A stretch of 11,350 bases of DNA from Gemmatimonadales bacterium (GTDB taxonomy: Bacteria > Gemmatimonadota > Gemmatimonadetes > Gemmatimonadales > GWC2-71-9). The translations under genes and the position numbers were made by a program. The stretch is from contig JBFJHJ010000048.1 in assembly GCA_041613315.1 (NCBI GenBank), positions 1 through 11,350 of the forward strand. Reading direction: 5' to 3'. Each line of letters begins with the position of its first letter. Position 1 is the first letter of the stretch. Positions 6,160 through 11,350 of the stretch are shown in pieces. The notes under the pieces are model-generated. The model searched no databases. It had not been told where the DNA came from and saw only the letters and a list, made by a program, of their open reading frames with translations.

Positions 6160-7842
6160 ATGAGTGGATTGACGCGACGGGGGTTTCTCGCGACCGCAGG
6201 CGGCGCGATCATGGGTGTCGCTCCCGCCGGCCCCGCGATCGCCTGCACGCCTCGGCGGCCGGGACCGATCGACCGGGAGTGGGTCCTCGACGTCGCGTGG
6301 CTCGAGACCGCCATCGCGGGCACGCGGGCGAGGCTGCGCACCTACAACGGCGGCGTCCCGGGTCCGCTGCTCGAGGCACGACCCGGCGACACCGTTCGCG
6401 TCCTGTTGCGCAATCACCTCACGCCCTACGACTCGTCGGCCTGGAGCGGCGATCACAACGTGCCGCACCTGCTCAACACGACCAACCTCCACCTGCACGG
6501 GCTTGAGATCGTCCCGCACCTCTTCGAGCCGGTCGGCACCGCCGATCCCGGCGCCGCGATGATCGCGATCCCGCCGGGCGGCGAGAAGGAGTACGTCTTC
6601 CGGATCCCCGAGGATCAGCCGCCCGGGTTCTTCTGGTACCACCCGCATCACCACGGCTCCACCGCCGTGCAGGCCGTGAGCGGCATGGCCGGCGGCCTGA
6701 TCGTCCGCGGCGAGCTGGACGAGGTGCCCGAGATCAAAGCGGCGCGGGAGATCGTGCTCGCGCTCCAGGACATCGGCCTCTTTCGCAGCGAGACGGAGCC
6801 CGACCTCTGGATCTACGAGCCTCGGCAGAACGCCATCTGGGACACGCTGAAGAGCACCGTACGCATGGACGGCCGCCCGACCGACCTGAAGGGCGGCTTC
6901 ACCATCGGCGACTACCAGCGGCGCTACTACCTCGTGAATGGGCGCCCCTACTTCCATGAGGAGCACAACGCCCACACGCCCACCGAGCCGATCGGGAGGC
7001 CGCTCGGCCCTCCCCGCTACTCGTTCCGACCGGGCGAAGTGGTGCGGTTCCGCATCCTCAACGGGAATTCGGACAACCTCATGCCGCTCGCGGTCGAGGG
7101 GCACGAGATACACCTACTCGCGCTCGACGGCGTCAACTTCCCCGCGCCGAGAACCATCCCGGCCCCCGATGCGTCCTCCGCGGGCGAGGGCGCGGCCCAG
7201 CTCCTCCTCGCGCCCGCCAACCGCGCGGAGTTCCTCATCAAGGCCAACGCACGGCGCGGGGTCTACCGCCTCGTGCAGCGCGCGCAGCGCCAACAGTTCC
7301 TGCACAGCGCGTTCAAGACGATCGCCGGGTTCGTCGTCGAGGGCGCCCCGAAGGACATGGCGCTCCCCACGACGCTGCCGATCCCGCGTCGGCACTACCC
7401 GCTGATCGAGGAGCGCGAGATCACGAAGCGCCGCAGCGTGACCTTGAGCGCCCGGTTCCCCGGCCAGCTGAACCCGGTGATCGGCATGGACCTGATGGTC
7501 AACGGCACGCTCTATGACGAGCGGTCGGTCGCTGACGACTGGATCACCGATGTCGGGTCGGTGGAAGAATGGCACCTGCGCGTACCCGACGAGGCCCATG
7601 GCGGGAACGAGGGACACCCGTTCCACATTCACGTCAACTCCTTCGAGGTTCACTCCGTGGGCGGCGCGCCGCAGCCGGCGGGTACGCTCCAGGACACGAT
7701 TTGGGTGGCGCAGAACAGCGACGTGATCATTCGCATGAAGTTTCGGGAGTGGCGCGGGAAGTCGGTCTTTCACTGTCACATCTTGCCCCACGAGGACACC
7801 GGCATGATGCGGAACTTCCTCATCCGGCCGCCTCAGGGGTGA
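6160..7842 (+). CDS. Tat-exported three-domain multicopper oxidase (560 aa)
   Basis: RBS GGGAGG at 6148-6153 and ATG 6160. Tat motif TRRGFL. Copper motifs HLH (6490-6498), WYHPH (6634-6648), HPFHIH (7615-7632) and HCHILPHEDTGM (7771-7806, with T1 axial Met). Confidence 0.96.
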   Translation: MSGLTRRGFLATAGGAIMGVAPAGPAIACTPRRPGPIDREWVLDVAWLETAIAGTRARLRTYNGGVPGPLLEARPGDTVRVLLRNHLTPYDSSAWSGDHNVPHLLNTTNLHLHGLEIVPHLFEPVGTADPGAAMIAIPPGGEKEYVFRIPEDQPPGFFWYHPHHHGSTAVQAVSGMAGGLIVRGELDEVPEIKAAREIVLALQDIGLFRSETEPDLWIYEPRQNAIWDTLKSTVRMDGRPTDLKGGFTIGDYQRRYYLVNGRPYFHEEHNAHTPTEPIGRPLGPPRYSFRPGEVVRFRILNGNSDNLMPLAVEGHEIHLLALDGVNFPAPRTIPAPDASSAGEGAAQLLLAPANRAEFLIKANARRGVYRLVQRAQRQQFLHSAFKTIAGFVVEGAPKDMALPTTLPIPRRHYPLIEEREITKRRSVTLSARFPGQLNPVIGMDLMVNGTLYDERSVADDWITDVGSVEEWHLRVPDEAHGGNEGHPFHIHVNSFEVHSVGGAPQPAGTLQDTIWVAQNSDVIIRMKFREWRGKSVFHCHILPHEDTGMMRNFLIRPPQG

Positions 7843-7946
7843 CGCACGTCCTGAGCAACCGTTCAACCGGCTCTCCATGGTCCCCGCCTAGCCGCCGCGG
7901 CGTCCGGGCGACAGATTCGCGGAAGCATCGGCGAGGCGAGGCGACC

Positions 7947-10900
7947 ATGCGCGCAACTTTGGCAATTCCCCTGCTGGCGACCGCCGGCGCGACGGCGATC
8001 GCCGCGTGTGGAGGGGACGGCCCAACGCAGCCGCCCGGCGTGGCCTCCGTCCAGGTCACGCCGGCCACCGCTGCCCTCGCAGCCATCGGCGAGACCGTCC
8101 AGTTCAGCGCCACGCCGCGAGACGCGCAAGGGAACCCGGTGGCGGGGAAGACGGCGAGCTGGTCGTCCGCACCCACCGCGGTGGCCGGCATCGATCAGGC
8201 AGGCCTCGCCACCGCGGCGGCGAACGGTTCCAGCACGATCACGGCGACGGTGGACGGGAAGACCGGAACGGCGACGTTGACCGTGACCCAGCGGGGCGAC
8301 GCCCTTCGCATCGCCACGCATCCCGCCGGCGCGTCGGCCGGGCGGCCGCTCACCACGCAGCCCGTCGCGGAAATCCTCGACGCCCGGGGCAACGTGGTCA
8401 TCAACGACAACACGACGACCGTGACGGCGAGCATCGCCTCCGGCGGAGGAGCGCTCGCGAGCGCCGTGGCGACGGCCAGCGCGGGGGTTGTCACGTTCAC
8501 CGAGCTCGCCGTGAACGGACTCGTCGGCGAACGTGCGCTGCGCTTCGCCGCCGAAGGCCTGGTCGAGGCCGTGTCCGACCCGTTCACGGTGACGCCGGGA
8601 CCTGCGGACCGACTGGCCCTGGTGGCAGGGGACGCCCAGGTCGGCCTTGCGGCGATGACGCTGCCGACGCCTCTCTCGGTGCGCGTCACCGATGCATTCA
8701 CGAACCCCGTCGCCGCGGTGGACGTGTCATGGACCGTCACGACCGGATCCGGCGCTCCGTCGGCCAGCACGACGCCGTCCGAGGCCGATGGCATCGCGGC
8801 CGTGAGCTACACCCTGGGGCGGTTCGCCGGCGACGAAGCCGTCGAGGCGTCGACGACGGGCCTGAACGGCTCGCCCGTCGTGTTCCGCGCCACGGCAACC
8901 CCGAATGGGACGATCCGCGGGACGTTGTCGCTGGGGGCGGGCGGCGCGGCTCCGGCCGCGGCGCACAAAGTCTCGGTGGGCGGAGCCGCGCTGCAACGGC
9001 CCGCCTCCGGCAAGCAGCTTGCGCCGCGCGTGAGCGCCGCCTCCGGGATCGCGCGCAACCCGGTTGCCCCCGCGCCGCCCGCGTACACCCCCGACGAGCT
9101 GATCGTCACGTTCCACCCAACGGCCATCGGAGCGCCTCGTATTGGCGCCCAGGCCCACGCGTTCGCGGCGACGGCCGAGCGCACCGCCTCGTCCATGCGG
9201 GCCGCGCTCGCGCCGCATCTCGATCCGGAGCGTGCACGGCTGCGCGGGACGTCACCGGCGATCCTCGCGGCGCGGATCGCGGCCGCCGACGTTGGCCGGC
9301 TCGATGTCCTCGCCGCCGAGCTTCGCGCGAACCCGGCCGTCGCGCGGGTCGAGCGGAATGGGATCGTGCAGCTGGAAGCGCCACGCGCGCTGACCGATGC
9401 CGCCCGGTCCCGACTCCCCAACGACCCCCTCTACGTGTGGCAGGCGTGGCACTACGCCATGGCTGACCTGCCGGAAGCATGGACCCTGACGACAGGCGAT
9501 GCGACGGTGCTCGTCGCCGTCGTGGACGACGGGATCCGCTTCGACCACCCGGGCGTCGCAGCCAATCTCACGAGCGATGGGTACGACTTCGTCTCGGACC
9601 TGACGCTCCCGCTCTGCGCCGGCGGCGACATCAGCAACGCGGGCGACGGCGACGGATACGATAGCGACCCGACGCAGCCCGCGGCTTACGCGTACAACGG
9701 CACCTGCGTGGGCGGCCTGCTCGCCTCGGGCAATCACGGACTGCACGTCGCCGGCACCATCGGTGCGGTCGGCAACGACGCCGCGGGCGGCGCCGGCGTG
9801 AACTGGACGGTGCGCATCAGGCCCGTGCGCGGGCTGGGCGTGGCGGGGACGGGGACGAACTACGACCTGGCACAAGGCGTGCTGTACGCCGCGGGCTTGC
9901 CGGCCGACGACGGCGCGGGCGGGACCGTGCAACCCGCGGTGGGCGCCCGCGTCATCAACGCGAGCTTCGGGGGGGGTCCCTCCACCGTGATGGAGAACGC
10001 CGTGCTTGCCGCGACGAACGCCGGCGCCCTCATCATCGCGGCAGCCGGGAACAGCGCGTCCACCACCCCGCTCTACCCGGCAGCGTACCCCCAGTCCCTC
10101 TCGGTCTCGGCCGTAGGCCCGGATACCCTTCTCGCGTCGTACTCGAACTACGGAACGACGGTGGATGTCGCGGCGCCCGGCGGGGATCTGGGTGACGGGG
10201 GCGCCGACTTCGGGGTGATCTCCTCGGCGTGGGACTTCACGACGAGCACGGCGCTGTGGGACGCCTGGCAGGGGACCTCCATGGCGGCGCCACACGTCTC
10301 GGGAGTGGCGGCGCTCGTGCTCGCCCGCGATCCCGGACTCACGCGCGACCAACTCCGGGCACGGCTCGAGGATTTCGCCGTCGACATCGGACCCGCCGGC
10401 CCCGACAACCAGTACGGGCGGGGCCTCGTCAACGCGCGCAACGGCCTCACCCAGAGCCTGGCGCCACCCCGGGCACTTTACGCCCGGCTCGTCGACGCCA
10501 CGACGGGGGCGTCGGTCGCGACCGCCACGGCCGCCCCCGACGGCACGTACGAGTTCCGCGAGCTGGGGGACGCCGACTACTACGTATACGCCGGCCAAGA
10601 TGCCGACGGCGACGGTCTCGTGGGGGTAGCGGGTCGCCGGTGGGACGCGTTCGGCGGGGCACCGGCCCCCAGCGCGCTCACGATCAACGGCGCCGGGACC
10701 ACCACGGCGAGCTTTTCGGTCGGGCTGCCGCGCGAAGTGGAGGGCAACGACTCGTTCGGCACCGCCGACGCCCTACCCGTGGGCGGCTACATGCTGGGCG
10801 CGATCGCCGACCCCGCGACCGACGCCGACGTGTACCGGGTGCGGGTGCCGAGCCAGGGGACGTATACGTTCGAGACCTCCGCGAACGACGGCGCCTGTGG

Positions 10901-11099
10901 GTTCGCGCTCGAGGAGGACACGATCCTCCAGCTGTTCGACGAGACGGCGACCCTGCTGGCCGAGCATGACGACGTGGACCTGGACGGGAACAACTTCTGC
11001 TCGCGGATCAGCATGAGCCTCGGCGCCGGCACGTACTTCATCGCCGTCTTCGGATGGTACGGCCGACCCTATCGCCTTACGGTGCGGGCCGGGAGCTGA
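7947..11099 (+). CDS. S8 subtilisin-like serine peptidase lipoprotein with N-terminal Ig-like domains and C-terminal PPC-like domain (1050 aa)
   Basis: ATG 7947 follows GAGG. Lipobox IAA-C. Big_2-like domain (VASVQVTP...WSS...G.ATA...TITAT). Catalytic triad: D (VAVVDDG, 9525), H (HGLHVAGTIG, 9735) and S (GTSMAAPHVSG, 10278). Oxyanion-hole AAGN. C-terminus EVEGNDSFGTA...DADVY...DTILQLFD is PPC-like. Confidence 0.95.
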   Translation: MRATLAIPLLATAGATAIAACGGDGPTQPPGVASVQVTPATAALAAIGETVQFSATPRDAQGNPVAGKTASWSSAPTAVAGIDQAGLATAAANGSSTITATVDGKTGTATLTVTQRGDALRIATHPAGASAGRPLTTQPVAEILDARGNVVINDNTTTVTASIASGGGALASAVATASAGVVTFTELAVNGLVGERALRFAAEGLVEAVSDPFTVTPGPADRLALVAGDAQVGLAAMTLPTPLSVRVTDAFTNPVAAVDVSWTVTTGSGAPSASTTPSEADGIAAVSYTLGRFAGDEAVEASTTGLNGSPVVFRATATPNGTIRGTLSLGAGGAAPAAAHKVSVGGAALQRPASGKQLAPRVSAASGIARNPVAPAPPAYTPDELIVTFHPTAIGAPRIGAQAHAFAATAERTASSMRAALAPHLDPERARLRGTSPAILAARIAAADVGRLDVLAAELRANPAVARVERNGIVQLEAPRALTDAARSRLPNDPLYVWQAWHYAMADLPEAWTLTTGDATVLVAVVDDGIRFDHPGVAANLTSDGYDFVSDLTLPLCAGGDISNAGDGDGYDSDPTQPAAYAYNGTCVGGLLASGNHGLHVAGTIGAVGNDAAGGAGVNWTVRIRPVRGLGVAGTGTNYDLAQGVLYAAGLPADDGAGGTVQPAVGARVINASFGGGPSTVMENAVLAATNAGALIIAAAGNSASTTPLYPAAYPQSLSVSAVGPDTLLASYSNYGTTVDVAAPGGDLGDGGADFGVISSAWDFTTSTALWDAWQGTSMAAPHVSGVAALVLARDPGLTRDQLRARLEDFAVDIGPAGPDNQYGRGLVNARNGLTQSLAPPRALYARLVDATTGASVATATAAPDGTYEFRELGDADYYVYAGQDADGDGLVGVAGRRWDAFGGAPAPSALTINGAGTTTASFSVGLPREVEGNDSFGTADALPVGGYMLGAIADPATDADVYRVRVPSQGTYTFETSANDGACGFALEEDTILQLFDETATLLAEHDDVDLDGNNFCSRISMSLGAGTYFIAVFGWYGRPYRLTVRAGS

Positions 11100-11106
11100 C
11101 CGCGAC

Positions 11107-11350
11107 ATGATTCGGGCCATCGCCGCGGCAGGCGTGCTGGTCACGCTCGCGTCGTGCCGGCCGAGTGCCCCACCGCCGGAACGACCTGGAGGGGAGGTGA
11201 GCCTCGACAGCGCGCGCGCGGCGATCGCGACGCTAGTTGCGCAGCCCCGCTGCCGCGACGTGGCGCAGTGTCGCTCGATGGCGTTCGGCGCCAAGCCGTG
11301 CGGCGGCCCCCGCACCTACCTGATCTACTCGCTCGAGACGACCGACTCGG
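11107..11350 (+). CDS. Cys-rich hypothetical lipoprotein, 3' end truncated by window edge
   Basis: Translated by hand: MIRAIAAAGVLVTLASCRPSAPPPERPGGEVSLDSARAAIATLVAQPRCRDVAQCRSMAFGAKPCGGPRTYLIYSLETTDS... Lipobox LAS-C. The G.KPCGGP..YL.YS motif is one I recall from conserved uncharacterised lipoproteins. It starts 7 nt after the S8 stop. Confidence 0.8.
   Translation, partial: MIRAIAAAGVLVTLASCRPSAPPPERPGGEVSLDSARAAIATLVAQPRCRDVAQCRSMAFGAKPCGGPRTYLIYSLETTDS

Noticed and set aside
6160..7842. MCO as a copper nitrite reductase (NirK) or CueO orthologue
   Set aside because: It has the full laccase-type HxH/HxH/HxxHxH/HCHxxxH ligand set and three-domain length, unlike NirK. It also lacks the Met-rich insert of CueO, so no gene symbol was assigned.
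7569..7946. N-terminal extension of the S8 ORF
   Set aside because: It overlaps the MCO C-terminal copper motifs, and the signal peptide begins at ATG 7947.
4179..7946. Cytochrome/MCO pair as a horizontally acquired island
   Set aside because: No integrase, transposase, tRNA or flanking direct repeats were seen, and any GC shift is too small to support by eye.
1..11350. CRISPR arrays, tRNA/rRNA genes, riboswitches and IS elements
   Set aside because: No regularly spaced repeats, cloverleaf-like sequence, recognisable aptamer or transposase motif was seen. All intergenic gaps are under 300 nt.

Overview
High-GC bacterial window. The Ig-repeat lipoproteins and DUF3006 are suggestive of Gemmatimonadota, but that is inference only. 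Ten CDSs are supported: an MBL-fold metallo-hydrolase (cut by the left edge, absent from the ORF track), a small DUF3006-like protein, an FkpA/Mip-type FKBP PPIase lipoprotein, an FAH-family protein with an apparent signal peptide, a Deinococcus-type Mug glycosylase, an unknown lipoprotein, a 547-aa monoheme c lipoprotein, a Tat-exported three-domain multicopper oxidase (MCO), a 1050-aa Ig/S8/PPC lipoprotein protease and a Cys-rich lipoprotein (cut by the right edge). The best candidate for an undescribed system is 4454-7842. The heme protein carries cytochrome P460 signature motifs in the correct order, including the cross-linking Lys and a distal carboxylate, but is about three times normal size. 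It sits in an apparent operon with an MCO that has all its copper ligands. No rRNA, tRNA, CRISPR array or transposase was seen. All family calls come from motif recognition by eye, with no database searches.
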